IMG/VR virus record: IMGVR_UViG_3300042566_002057
Coordinates: 87,951 to 151,950 of that record
DNA from: a virus
DNA length: 64,000 nt
Strand: one strand, 5' to 3'
Of this stretch, positions 1 to 9,381 are shown one piece after another. The notes beneath the pieces were generated by a model. That model saw only the letters and a program-made list of their open reading frames with translations. It searched no databases and was not told the DNA's origin. Each line of letters starts with the position of its first letter. The stretch's first letter is position 1. The position numbers were made by a program, and so were the translations under genes.

Positions 1-1
1 G

Positions 2-259
2 TACATATATTTTATTGAAGACTCTTCTAATTGATGGTAATATTAAATCAGATATATTATCTTCACCTTCATATAATTCACCAAGTAGTCCATCAACATT
101 GAATAGTTGTGACTTTTTTACTATTACATAATCAAGTAATTCTAAAAATTCCATTTGATGTCTAGTCTCAATTCCTTTACTTAAAACCGTGAACAATTCT
201 CTTTTGTAAAGTTCATCTTGAGCTATATCAAAAAATGAAATACTTTTAGATTTACGCAT
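2..259 (-). CDS. Hypothetical protein, runs off window edge; contains gp23-like motif LILPSIRRVF
   Basis: Not in ORF track; manual translation from ATG at 259 (overlaps grpE stop): MRKSKSISFF...DNISDLILPSIRRVFNKIYV, open to the edge. Confidence 0.6.
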   Translation of the reverse strand, partial: MRKSKSISFFDIAQDELYKRELFTVLSKGIETRHQMEFLELLDYVIVKKSQLFNVDGLLGELYEGEDNISDLILPSIRRVFNKIYV

Positions 260-740
260 TTCTACCCAATATAATTTTTGGATATCTGAAAGGTTTTCCA
301 TTTAGAGTATATCCTTTAGAAACAATATCAACTACTCTTTCTACTTCTGATGGCATGATACTGATAACTTCGTGTAAATCCTCATCATATACTTCAGTTT
401 GAATTTCTTCAATACCCTGTGACTTTAGAAAACTTTCTAATTTAGTTGAAATTAGTTTTAGACCTTCACTAGCTTCTGGATTTTTTATAGACTTGATAGC
501 AAAACAAAGGTCGTTATCCATATCTAAAATAGATGTTAACATCTTGACTTTAGTTGATACCATCAAATCTTCTTTATCTTTCTGAGTTCTTTTTTTATAA
601 TTATCAAACTCAGCATAAAGTCTTACATACTTTTCTTCTGATTCAGATAACAATTTAGATAATTCTTCTAATCTATCAGAGTTATCAGAAACTTGATTTT
701 CTTCTACCACGTTTTGTTCTTCTGTTTTGTTTTCTTTCAT
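252..740 (-). CDS. grpE: Nucleotide exchange factor GrpE
   Basis: RLYAEFDNYKKR coiled coil, YDEDLHEVI, KGYTLNGKPFRYPKI. Confidence 0.95.
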   Translation of the reverse strand: MKENKTEEQNVVEENQVSDNSDRLEELSKLLSESEEKYVRLYAEFDNYKKRTQKDKEDLMVSTKVKMLTSILDMDNDLCFAIKSIKNPEASEGLKLISTKLESFLKSQGIEEIQTEVYDEDLHEVISIMPSEVERVVDIVSKGYTLNGKPFRYPKIILGRNA

Positions 741-744
741 AATA

Positions 745-1230
745 TTAATAATTGAATTTTAATAATTTTTTAATTGTATTAGAGTTATAAAATTCATAAG
801 TAACATTTTTATCTACAATCTTATGAATTTCTAATTTATCAACCTCAACTCGAATATCTTCAATATATTGAACGAGGTCTTTGAGAGCTTTTGTATAAGA
901 AGTATTTGGTTCCCAATAGTCAGGAAATTTATCCAAAAATTTCTCAACAGCAGTATCAAAAGTCTTTTTTCTAACTAGTAATAGTTCTTTTTCTTTTGCT
1001 GATTTATTTGTAAGTAGTTCAACTAAATAGGTATTGAACTTGAAAATAAGATTATCTGTTTCAATTACTTTTAGAAGTCCAATAACTAAAGCGTCTCTTT
1101 CTGTGAGTTCAACTTGACTGTTTTCTTTTAGAAGTTTCTCTGCTTCTTTGTCAGAACCTATAATGTAATAAACATAGTGATCCCACACACATCTACGTAC
1201 TAAGTCTTCTGGTGTTAATAGAATTTGCAT
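745..1230 (-). CDS. Hypothetical protein
   Basis: 161-aa ORF co-oriented and adjacent to grpE. Confidence 0.7.
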   Translation of the reverse strand: MQILLTPEDLVRRCVWDHYVYYIIGSDKEAEKLLKENSQVELTERDALVIGLLKVIETDNLIFKFNTYLVELLTNKSAKEKELLLVRKKTFDTAVEKFLDKFPDYWEPNTSYTKALKDLVQYIEDIRVEVDKLEIHKIVDKNVTYEFYNSNTIKKLLKFNY

Positions 1231-1415
1231 TTGTTAAGTTTTTCTTTTTTATATGTCTAAACTCATTCAAAGTTTAGGTAAATAATTTTGTGAATTGATA
1301 TCACAAAAAAAATTTATGAAAAAATATCTAAAAGTTGTAATTTTTTGTAAAAATCTCAATATATATGATACTTTTATTTTATTGAAATAAGAGATATAAA
1401 ATTAATATTAATGAA

Positions 1416-1631
1416 TTGAAAAACATCATTAACTCTGAAGTGGACACACCTGACGGAAAGGCCACAATCAAAGAACTTTACATTACCGAATTGGGTTATC
1501 TTATGGTAAAGCTTCACTATAAAAACCGCAGTGTTTATAAAAACTTTAAGATAGGTAATATTGAAGATTTACTTAAAAACGAAAGTATATTATTGAAAGA
1601 GTGTTGGTCAGAAAAAATTGAGTTAGTTTAA
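1416..1631 (+). CDS. Hypothetical protein
   Basis: 71-aa ORF, TTG start. Confidence 0.5.
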   Translation: MKNIINSEVDTPDGKATIKELYITELGYLMVKLHYKNRSVYKNFKIGNIEDLLKNESILLKECWSEKIELV

Positions 1632-1690
1632 TCTAACTCTTTTTTGTTTTAAATATTTTATTATATATTTGTAAAATCTAATTAAGTGAC

Positions 1691-1876
1691 ATGGAACTAA
1701 ACGAAAAAATTGAGTTAAACAAACAAATAAGACAATATAAAGGAGATAATTCTTTTGTTCTTTCTTTACAAAAACAACTTAAAACGAATAAGTTTTTAGA
1801 AAAAGTAGAAGTCGGAGGTCGTCAAGTAAAAATTTTAAGTGAGAAACAATATCAAGCGGCTAAGACTGCTTTCTAA
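1691..1876 (+). CDS. Small hypothetical protein
   Basis: 61-aa ORF preceded by TATATTTG (1664-1671). Confidence 0.65.
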   Translation: MELNEKIELNKQIRQYKGDNSFVLSLQKQLKTNKFLEKVEVGGRQVKILSEKQYQAAKTAF

Positions 1877-1894
1877 ATACTATTGATACTTGTT

Positions 1895-2305
1895 TTAATT
1901 CAATATCACCGGGTCAAATATGAAAGCTACACCTTCTATCTTATTATTATTGATAAACTCTTCATTATCTACATAGTTGATGAATTTATCATAACCACCT
2001 AAGCTCATAAATTCTTTAATTTTACTACTATATGGTCCATAAAAATGGACATGAATATTTGTTATCTCCCAATTATTTGAGCAAATGTAATCTTTTGCTC
2101 TTTCAAAATATTCCCTAACATCTGACCATTGGAATAAATTATCATTTGATACTTCTACACAAAACATATCAACTCCTTGTGGTCTCATATCAATATCAAC
2201 TTGATAACCAGAATCTTCAAGTTCAAGAAACATATCTTTAACATCTAATTCTAAATCATGATTGTATACGTTCTCAAATAAAATATACGGTTTTAAATGT
2301 TTCAT
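1895..2305 (-). CDS. Hypothetical protein with N-terminal capsid-targeting-like tag
   Basis: Starts MKHLKPYILFEN. Confidence 0.75.
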   Translation of the reverse strand: MKHLKPYILFENVYNHDLELDVKDMFLELEDSGYQVDIDMRPQGVDMFCVEVSNDNLFQWSDVREYFERAKDYICSNNWEITNIHVHFYGPYSSKIKEFMSLGGYDKFINYVDNEEFINNNKIEGVAFIFDPVILN

Positions 2306-2892
2306 ATTTCATCAAATCTTTTTATCCTGAATATAGAACTTATGTTGTCAAGTTTAGCTTGTATATCACCTATTAATAATCGATGAATTCTATTAAACTG
2401 TCTGTTCTTCTGTATTTCTGTTAATATCTCAGATGTTTCTTGAAAATACTTATTTCTAAATCTTTCAGTAGCCGTAAAAGCATCAGATATATTTTGTAAT
2501 CTATCTGCTAATTTTATGATAAGAGCATCATCTGACATATGAATCATTTTATCGGTTAGATATTCTGTTTTACTACCATCATAACTATCATCAATTTCAT
2601 CGCCATCTGATGTTAGTTCCCAAACTAAATTACCTACTCTTGTTCCAAAAAGTTCTTTCAGTTCAACTAATCCAACTTCTGGATCCTCATAACAATCTTC
2701 TAAAGTATCGTGTAGTAAAGCCGCGCAAAGTAAGTCTTCGTCAGTTGTGTATTGTTTTACAATACCATTTACTTTAACAACATGTGCACCAAAGTAAGGT
2801 TTGTTTATGAATTTCCTTACCTGACCTTTATGTGCTTGTTTTGCGAAGTTCCAAGCTAGTTTTTCTTTTTCTGTAATTGGTCTATTTGCCAT
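2302..2892 (-). CDS. HD-domain small alarmone ((p)ppGpp) hydrolase-like protein
   Basis: AHKGQVRK..PY..H, AALLHDTLED, IKLADRLQN motifs of the RelA/SpoT/Mesh1 HD domain. Confidence 0.85.
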   Translation of the reverse strand: MANRPITEKEKLAWNFAKQAHKGQVRKFINKPYFGAHVVKVNGIVKQYTTDEDLLCAALLHDTLEDCYEDPEVGLVELKELFGTRVGNLVWELTSDGDEIDDSYDGSKTEYLTDKMIHMSDDALIIKLADRLQNISDAFTATERFRNKYFQETSEILTEIQKNRQFNRIHRLLIGDIQAKLDNISSIFRIKRFDEI

Positions 2893-2952
2893 ATCAACTA
2901 TATATAAACTTTCATAAATATAAACAATATAAATAAAAAATAAAATTAATAT

Positions 2953-3150
2953 ATGTCAAGAATTGATTATGATGTTGAAGAGGTAATGTCTGAAAGACCA
3001 AGTTACCGTTATGAGAACAAAGAATATCTTTTAGAAGTATTTATGAACCAATTAGGAATCACTGAGCAGGATTTAGAAAATGATCCTTCTTGGATGAGAG
3101 CTAAAGTTAGAGAAATGAATATCGATAAAGTATTGGATACTCAAAACTAA
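2953..3150 (+). CDS. Small hypothetical protein with C-terminal RxxKIxxIL-type tag
   Basis: Ends VREMNIDKVLDTQN. Confidence 0.65.
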   Translation: MSRIDYDVEEVMSERPSYRYENKEYLLEVFMNQLGITEQDLENDPSWMRAKVREMNIDKVLDTQN

Positions 3151-3154
3151 TTAA

Positions 3155-3288
3155 TTAGTGTAGTGTAAATAGTCCTAGGTGACTGACCGGTATACAAATA
3201 GCACGTACTATTAGCCCTGGCAATAGAGGATACATCAAGCTTGTATCAGATAGTAGGTTGAGGTAATAACCGTTAATCCTCACACAAA
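3155..3288 (+). ncRNA. Candidate tRNA-like structured RNA with expanded loops
   Basis: GTG/CAC, GTGT/GCAC, TACTAT/ATAGTA and TGAGG/CCTCA stems in cloverleaf order; GC-rich non-coding island. Confidence 0.3.
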
Positions 3289-3292
3289 AGTC

Positions 3293-3318
3293 AAACCTCA
3301 CTTCGGTGAGGTTTTTTT
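3293..3318 (+). terminator. Rho-independent terminator
   Basis: AAACCTCAC-TTCG-GTGAGGTTT plus T run. Confidence 0.85.
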
Positions 3319-3361
3319 ATAAATAAATCTACAATCTAGTTGAAATTTAAGGTTTTTTTCT

Positions 3362-3369
3362 TATATTTG
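3362..3369 (+). promoter_or_regulatory. Bacteroidota sigmaA-type -7 element (TAnnTTTG)
   Basis: TATATTTG 4 nt before ATG 3374; the same motif recurs before many genes. Confidence 0.6.
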
Positions 3370-3373
3370 TATT

Positions 3374-3790
3374 ATGATAAACGAGACAAAAATTAAGCAG
3401 GTACAGGATAAAATCAAAGCAGCAATTGCTCAGATTGAAAAAGATGAAAATGTTAAAATTGATTTTGGTTCAATTAGTTATACAAAAGCTTTTTATGGAG
3501 CTAAAATGACTGTTAAGACACTTGAAAAAACCGAAGCAGTTGTAGGTGTTTACGAAACAATTTGTAGACGACTTGGTTTCACACAAAATATCATTGGAAT
3601 GCAATTTTATGGAACAAATGGTGTCTATGAAATTGTTGATATTAAAACAAAAAATAGAACTTATCCAGTTATTGCTAAATCAGTATCTTCTGGAAAACAA
3701 TATAAATTTGCGGTAGAGCAAATCAAAAGATTAATCGGTGGTGATAAAATTATCAATCGAACCGCAAATCTCGACAAATTAATCAAATAG
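3374..3790 (+). CDS. Hypothetical protein with C-terminal tag
   Basis: Ends INRTANLDKLIK. Confidence 0.75.
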   Translation: MINETKIKQVQDKIKAAIAQIEKDENVKIDFGSISYTKAFYGAKMTVKTLEKTEAVVGVYETICRRLGFTQNIIGMQFYGTNGVYEIVDIKTKNRTYPVIAKSVSSGKQYKFAVEQIKRLIGGDKIINRTANLDKLIK

Positions 3791-4186
3791 ATGAACTTAC
3801 ATATAGACGATAAAGAATTTAACTTTTATGAATTTCCTGAAAAGATATCTCAATTAAAAAAGAAAAATAAAATTGATTTTGATATCTCAGTCTATATTTA
3901 TGATAATCAAGTAAGACCAGTCAAAGATTTAGAATTTCTTAAAAATTTGACTGAACTTCCTGATATAATACATGTTTCTAAATCTAAATATTATTATTGG
4001 GTTTTTACTGGATGTAAATTATTGGACATATCAGTAAATCAAGATAAAGGTTTTAGAGATTATAAAGACAGAGATATAGAAAAATTTGATGCCATAATTT
4101 CAATGTCTTATGTAGATGTTTATGGTTCTAATAATAAAAATTTAGTTGATAGAGAAATTAAACTAAATCAACTTTTCGGAAATTAA
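3791..4186 (+). CDS. Hypothetical protein with C-terminal tag
   Basis: Ends DREIKLNQLFGN. Confidence 0.75.
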   Translation: MNLHIDDKEFNFYEFPEKISQLKKKNKIDFDISVYIYDNQVRPVKDLEFLKNLTELPDIIHVSKSKYYYWVFTGCKLLDISVNQDKGFRDYKDRDIEKFDAIISMSYVDVYGSNNKNLVDREIKLNQLFGN

Positions 4187-4208
4187 AATAATAAAAATAA
4201 AATGAAAT

Positions 4209-4628
4209 ATGAAGAAGGTAGGTTTTACTTGTTCTTGTTTTGACCTTTTTCACGCTGGTCATATAATGATGTTAAAAGAAGCTAAGTCAATTTGTGATTA
4301 TCTTATTGTTGGATTACAAACAGATCCTACAATTGATAGACCAGAAAAAAATAAACCTATACAAAGTGTATTTGAGAGATTTGTTCAATTAGAATCTTGT
4401 AAATATGTTGATGAAGTAGTTGTTTATGCAACTGAAAAAGATTTACTTGATATTCTACACTCTTATCCAATTAATGTTAGAGTTGTTGGTGATGAATACA
4501 AAGACAAAGATTTTACCGGTAAACATTTAGAACATATCGAAATTTATTACAATTCAAGAAAACACTCTTTCTCAACAACAGAACTCAGAAAAAGAGTTAT
4601 CGATAGATACAACAAAGATAATCAATAG
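4209..4628 (+). CDS. Cytidylyl/adenylyltransferase (TagD / HldE C-terminal-like)
   Basis: FDLFHAGH (HxGH), YLIVGLQTD, FSTT motifs. Confidence 0.9.
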   Translation: MKKVGFTCSCFDLFHAGHIMMLKEAKSICDYLIVGLQTDPTIDRPEKNKPIQSVFERFVQLESCKYVDEVVVYATEKDLLDILHSYPINVRVVGDEYKDKDFTGKHLEHIEIYYNSRKHSFSTTELRKRVIDRYNKDNQ

Positions 4629-4636
4629 TCTTCTTT

Positions 4637-4664
4637 TATATATAAGTAAATTTCCTTAAATTTG
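4637..4664 (+). promoter_or_regulatory. Tandem TATATATA and TAAATTTG promoter elements of RNA ligase
   Basis: TATATATA 4637-4644 and TAAATTTG 4657-4664 before ATG 4670. Confidence 0.45.
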
Positions 4665-4669
4665 CTTTT

Positions 4670-5992
4670 ATGAAAATATTCAACTACATAGAATTCCTAA
4701 ACGAAAGTGTTTCACTTAATAAAATTCCTACTTATGAGGAATCAGTTGAAATGTGCTCTGGAGAAGATGCTACATTTTATGAGTCAAAATATGAAGTTGA
4801 AGGATTCCCAGTTTCTGTTTTTAACTATCGTTTAGCTCAATACAAAGACTTTGATATGCCTGTTCCATCAAAACCAGAATTAAAAGGTTTTGAGATGCGA
4901 GGTCTTACTTTTGTATTCAATAAAGATGGTTCTCTTTATAACAGATATGTACTACTTGAAAAGTTCTTTAACTTGAATCAAGTTCCTAACTCTATGTATT
5001 CTGTTGTTAAAGATTACAAAATCAGATATGTAAATAATAAAGAAGATGGTTCAATTGCTACTTTTGTGAAATTACCAAACGGTAAAGTAGTTGGTAAATC
5101 TAAAATGGGGTTTGATAACGATCAAGCGAATGGTATTAATAAGATATACAAAACTAATCCAGATGTTAAGTCATTTGTTGATTGGTCACTAAATAATAAT
5201 ATTGTTCCTATATTTGAGTATGTTGCTCCACATAATAGAATCGTTCTTAGGTATTTAGAAGAAGAGCTTATTCTTTTAAGACTTAGAGATAATAAGACTG
5301 GTAGACATATTGATATAAAAGAACATTTAGATAAGATTGGTTCTATCAAAATTTCTCCGTTTGAGGATGATAATACTTTAGATGATTTGATTGAAAAGTC
5401 AAAATCAGAAGTAGATAAAGAAGGATGGATTGTTCAGTTTGATAATGACCATATGGTTAAAATTAAAACTGATTGGTATTTCCAAAGACACGGTTTACTT
5501 ACAAATGATATTTACAGAGAACATGTTATCATTGGTTATATCTTAGATGATTTGATAGATGATGTTATTGCTCAAGTTCCAGAAGATGAAAAAGAAGCAC
5601 ACGAAAGAATTAATAAAATAATCTCAATCGTTAAAAAGGATTTAAGAGATAAGGTTGATGAAATTAATAAAGCTTATAAAGAATTTGTTAATTCTGGTAT
5701 GAGTAAAAGAGATTATGCTATAAATCATAGAGTTGGTAATCCTAACTTTGCTTTTGTTATGAATATGGACAAAGCAGAACAATTAAAGAAAATGTCTAAA
5801 GAAGAGATATTGGATATCTATGATGATATGGAATCCTATGAGTCCTCATTAAAAAGATGTGAACCATTTGAGATGGCTAAAGAATTTATTAGAAACCAAA
5901 CTAAGAGATTAGAAATTGCTAGAGAATGGTTAGAATCAAAAGATTCTACTCTATTTTTTAGAGACCCTGAAGAATCTGAAGATGATAATTAA
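4670..5992 (+). CDS. T4 Rnl1-type RNA ligase with N-terminal capsid-targeting-like tag
   Basis: EMRGL, KFFN, motif I KEDGS, FEY, EGWIV, KIK; starts MKIFNYIEFLNES. Confidence 0.85.
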   Translation: MKIFNYIEFLNESVSLNKIPTYEESVEMCSGEDATFYESKYEVEGFPVSVFNYRLAQYKDFDMPVPSKPELKGFEMRGLTFVFNKDGSLYNRYVLLEKFFNLNQVPNSMYSVVKDYKIRYVNNKEDGSIATFVKLPNGKVVGKSKMGFDNDQANGINKIYKTNPDVKSFVDWSLNNNIVPIFEYVAPHNRIVLRYLEEELILLRLRDNKTGRHIDIKEHLDKIGSIKISPFEDDNTLDDLIEKSKSEVDKEGWIVQFDNDHMVKIKTDWYFQRHGLLTNDIYREHVIIGYILDDLIDDVIAQVPEDEKEAHERINKIISIVKKDLRDKVDEINKAYKEFVNSGMSKRDYAINHRVGNPNFAFVMNMDKAEQLKKMSKEEILDIYDDMESYESSLKRCEPFEMAKEFIRNQTKRLEIAREWLESKDSTLFFRDPEESEDDN

Positions 5993-6017
5993 AGAGAGTT
6001 TTTAACTCTCTTTTTTT
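5991..6017 (+). terminator. Rho-independent terminator
   Basis: AAAGAGAGTT-TTT-AACTCTCTTT plus T run. Confidence 0.75.
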
Positions 6018-6028
6018 ATATATAGTAA

Positions 6029-6826
6029 GTGAAATATCTAAAGTCTTATAAAATATTTGAGAGTTACAATACATTCGGAACTAAATCTATAACTGAAAAA
6101 GAGTTTGATCAGATTAGAAAAGAGAATTGTAAAAACTGGACTAAAGCTGAAACTGAAATATTCAGAGGTATGCCAAATTTAGGTGATTATTTGTTAGTAG
6201 ATCCACTAAAGGGTGACTTTAGAAGTTCAATTGAAGATACTAACATTCATTTAGACCTATTATCAAATCTACCAAGTTGGAAAGATTATCCTAAATATGA
6301 AAGATGTATTATAGGTGGAACTCGTGGATCAGCGACTGGTACTTATGGAGAAGCTGTCTATGAAATGATACCTTTTGATAATACAAAAATTGCGGTTTGT
6401 CCAGAATCAACTATTTGGGAATCATTTGGTAATGATTATGACAGATGGGGAGGTGACATCTATTTAGTTGAACATTTTTTAGACTCAATTGACTTAGATA
6501 CAAGTTGGAATCAGATTGGTGGTGGAACTATTGAGACTAAATTAAAATCTTTAGGTAATAGTTTTCACGGAAGTAAAATTTCAGAAATACCTAATAAAGA
6601 TCAAGAATCAGTAGATAATTTTTTAATGAGACATGCTGAATTTAGTTGGAAAAGACCAAATGAAATTACTGGTGAAGATTGTTTTAATTTTATAAACAAC
6701 AGTCTTTTTAATCCAAAAGTTAGAGGTTTTCAATTATTAAACTATGACCAAAACTTCAGTACAGAAAAAGGTAAACAAGTGTGGACAGAAGGTCCGGTAT
6801 TACTTATCAAATCACATTTAGTTTAG
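6029..6826 (+). CDS. Hypothetical protein with N-terminal capsid-targeting-like tag
   Basis: Starts MKYLKSYKIFES; TATATATA at 6017-6024. Confidence 0.8.
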   Translation: MKYLKSYKIFESYNTFGTKSITEKEFDQIRKENCKNWTKAETEIFRGMPNLGDYLLVDPLKGDFRSSIEDTNIHLDLLSNLPSWKDYPKYERCIIGGTRGSATGTYGEAVYEMIPFDNTKIAVCPESTIWESFGNDYDRWGGDIYLVEHFLDSIDLDTSWNQIGGGTIETKLKSLGNSFHGSKISEIPNKDQESVDNFLMRHAEFSWKRPNEITGEDCFNFINNSLFNPKVRGFQLLNYDQNFSTEKGKQVWTEGPVLLIKSHLV

Positions 6827-7107
6827 AAACTCTTGAAATCTTTTACACCACCGATGTTTTGTAAAATTGGTGCTGTGTTTTTTATACCAGTAACTGGTCT
6901 TACTGTCTGAACTTTATCTACATTTATAACTGAATTCATTTCATCGGGATATTCTGTAAAGTAATCAATAAGAAATTGCTCATTTTCCTCTTCTGATTTT
7001 TCATCATCCCACATACTACGAAGTTGAGTTTTATTTAACTCAACATAATCTCTCACCTTTTTATTTAAATCAGGATTCCATTCAGACCATTCTTTTATGA
7101 ACTTCAT
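6823..7107 (-). CDS. Hypothetical protein with tag-like termini
   Basis: Starts MKFIKEWSEW, ends VKDFKSF; TAATATATA upstream. Confidence 0.7.
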   Translation of the reverse strand: MKFIKEWSEWNPDLNKKVRDYVELNKTQLRSMWDDEKSEEENEQFLIDYFTEYPDEMNSVINVDKVQTVRPVTGIKNTAPILQNIGGVKDFKSF

Positions 7108-7117
7108 TAATTATATA

Positions 7118-7348
7118 TTAATTACCTAATATCGATTTAATCTTTGAGTCTCTTATCTCTTGAACTACTAATTCTTTTAGAAATCTATATGAAGACCTTT
7201 TACCCGACTTATGATTGTAGTAAATTTTTATATGATTTCTATCATCTATATAACCACCGTATTCGCAATATAATGGAACAAAACCTTTTGTTCTCATATT
7301 ATTAAAATACCAACAAATACTTTCATCATTAATCATACTATTATACAA
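7118..7348 (-). CDS. Small hypothetical protein with C-terminal tag
   Basis: Ends EIRDSKIKSILGN. Confidence 0.7.
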   Translation of the reverse strand: MYNSMINDESICWYFNNMRTKGFVPLYCEYGGYIDDRNHIKIYYNHKSGKRSSYRFLKELVVQEIRDSKIKSILGN

Positions 7349-7413
7349 TATTATTTTATTTTGTTAAACTTTTTTGGCATAAGAAAATATAAAATTAAGA
7401 AAGTCAGAAAAAC

Positions 7414-7453
7414 TGACAATTTGTCATAAAATAAACTTTGGCAAATAAATTGA
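7414..7453 (+). promoter_or_regulatory. Palindrome plus sigma54-like -24/-12 element upstream of dnaK
   Basis: TGACAA-T-TTGTCA (7414-7426); TGGCAA-N5-TTGA (7439-7453). Confidence 0.4.
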
Positions 7454-7482
7454 TATAATCATTACTAAAAAATTAAAAATTT

Positions 7483-9369
7483 ATGAGTAAAAAAGATGTA
7501 ATAATCGGAATTGACTTAGGAACAACAAACTCCTGTGTCGCAGTCGTAGAGGGCGGTGAGCCAATCGTAATCACAAATGCTGAAGGTAAAAGAACAACAC
7601 CATCTGTTGTAGGTTTTACCGACAAAGATCGAAAAATCGGAGATCCTGCTAAGCGTCAAGCAGTTACTAATCCAAAGAAAACAGTTTATTCAATTAAACG
7701 ATTCATTGGTAAAGATTTTTCAGTATGTAAAGATGAGGTAGGTAGAGTACCTTATGAAGTTACAAACGCTGGTGGTAATGTACCAGGTGTGAAAATTGAC
7801 GATCGTGTTTATACACCTCAAGAAGTTTCAGCAATGATTTTGCAAAAAATGAAAAAGACAGCAGAAGATTATCTTGGTCACGAAGTGAATAGAGCAGTAA
7901 TCACAGTACCAGCTTACTTCGGTGATGCTGAAAGAACTGCAACTATTGAAGCTGGTGAAATCGCTGGTCTTAAAGTTGAAAGAATTATCAATGAACCTAC
8001 AGCAGCCGCTTTAGCTTATGGTCTTGATAAGAAAAATACAGATGCTAAAATCTTAGTATTTGACTGTGGTGGTGGTACTCATGACGTATCTGTACTCGAA
8101 ATCGGTGACGGTGTATTTGAAGTAAAATCTACTGATGGTGATACTCACTTAGGTGGTGACGACTTTGATAACGCAATCATCAACTGGATGGTTGAAGAAT
8201 TTAAGAGTGAGCACAATATGGATTTATCAAAAGATCCTATGGCTTTACAACGTCTTAAAGAGGCGGCTGAAAAAGCTAAAATTGAACTTTCTTCAACATC
8301 ACAAAGTGAAATTAATCTTCCGTATATCACAGCTCAGGATGGAATGCCACTTCACTTTGTTAAACAATTGACTCGTTCTAAATTCGACCAAATGACAGCC
8401 AAATTGGTTGAAAGAACTATCGGTTGTGCTAAAAGTGCTCTTAAGTCAGCTGGACTTAAACCGTCTGAGATTGACGAAGTAATTCTTGTTGGTGGCTCAA
8501 CTCGTATTCCAGCAGTTCAAGAAGCACTTGAATCTTACATTGGAAAGAAACCAAACAAATCTGTTAATCCAGATGAAGTGGTTGCTTTAGGAGCGGCTAT
8601 TCAAGGAGCTGTTCTTACTGGAGGAATCACTGATGTTCTTCTTTTAGATGTAACTCCACTTTCATTGGGTATTGAAACTATGGGAAGTGTAATGACAAAA
8701 TTGATTGAAGCTAACACAACAATTCCGACCCGTAAGTCTGAAACGTTCTCTACAGCGGCTGACAATCAATCATCTGTAGAAATTCATGTTCTACAAGGTG
8801 AGCGTCCTATGGCAAAAGATAACCGTTCTTTGGGTCGTTTCCACTTAGATGGAATCATGCCAGCACCGAGAGGAATTCCTCAAATCGAAGTAACATTTGA
8901 TATTGATGCAAATGGAATTCTTTCTGTATCTGCAAAAGATAAGGCTTCTGGTAAAGAGAATACAATTCGTATTGAAGGTGGTTCTCAATTGACTAAAGAA
9001 GAAATCGAAAGAATGAAAGCAGAAGCTGAGGCAAATGCTGAAGCTGACAAACTTGAAAAAGAAAAAGTTGACAAACTGAATATGGCTGATAGTTTGATTT
9101 TCCAAACGGAAAAACAAATGAAAGAATTCGGTGAGAAGTTAACTGAAGAAGATAAGTCAGCAATTAATGTGGACTTAGACGCACTCAAAAAAGCTCACTC
9201 TGATAAAGATGTTGAATCTATTGAGGAAACTTCTAAAAAGTTGAATGAGACTTGGTCTACAATCTCAACCAGATTGTATCAAGAGTCTTCTCAACCAGAA
9301 CCAACAAATGAGGATAACTCTAATCCGAATGATGAGGTTCAAGACGCAGACTTTGAAGAAGTAAAGTAA
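7483..9369 (+). CDS. dnaK: Chaperone DnaK (Hsp70)
   Basis: [33 protein letters not shown]-terminal DADFEEVK. Confidence 0.98.
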   Translation: MSKKDVIIGIDLGTTNSCVAVVEGGEPIVITNAEGKRTTPSVVGFTDKDRKIGDPAKRQAVTNPKKTVYSIKRFIGKDFSVCKDEVGRVPYEVTNAGGNVPGVKIDDRVYTPQEVSAMILQKMKKTAEDYLGHEVNRAVITVPAYFGDAERTATIEAGEIAGLKVERIINEPTAAALAYGLDKKNTDAKILVFDCGGGTHDVSVLEIGDGVFEVKSTDGDTHLGGDDFDNAIINWMVEEFKSEHNMDLSKDPMALQRLKEAAEKAKIELSSTSQSEINLPYITAQDGMPLHFVKQLTRSKFDQMTAKLVERTIGCAKSALKSAGLKPSEIDEVILVGGSTRIPAVQEALESYIGKKPNKSVNPDEVVALGAAIQGAVLTGGITDVLLLDVTPLSLGIETMGSVMTKLIEANTTIPTRKSETFSTAADNQSSVEIHVLQGERPMAKDNRSLGRFHLDGIMPAPRGIPQIEVTFDIDANGILSVSAKDKASGKENTIRIEGGSQLTKEEIERMKAEAEANAEADKLEKEKVDKLNMADSLIFQTEKQMKEFGEKLTEEDKSAINVDLDALKKAHSDKDVESIEETSKKLNETWSTISTRLYQESSQPEPTNEDNSNPNDEVQDADFEEVK

Positions 9370-9381
9370 TATCTACTTTTA

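Noticed and set aside
3155-3288. Canonical tRNA gene
   Set aside because: No 7-nt anticodon loop, no TTCGA T-loop and a weak acceptor stem.
6029-6826. ADP-ribosyltransferase call based on IFRG and YG motifs
   Set aside because: The catalytic S-x-S and E-x-E motifs are not evident; left as hypothetical.
8145-9188. Short shadow ORFs inside dnaK (likewise those inside the ligase, topoisomerase, epimerase, 45377, 47584 and paralog genes)
   Set aside because: Fully overlap well-supported genes, lack motifs, and are typical antisense/off-frame artefacts.
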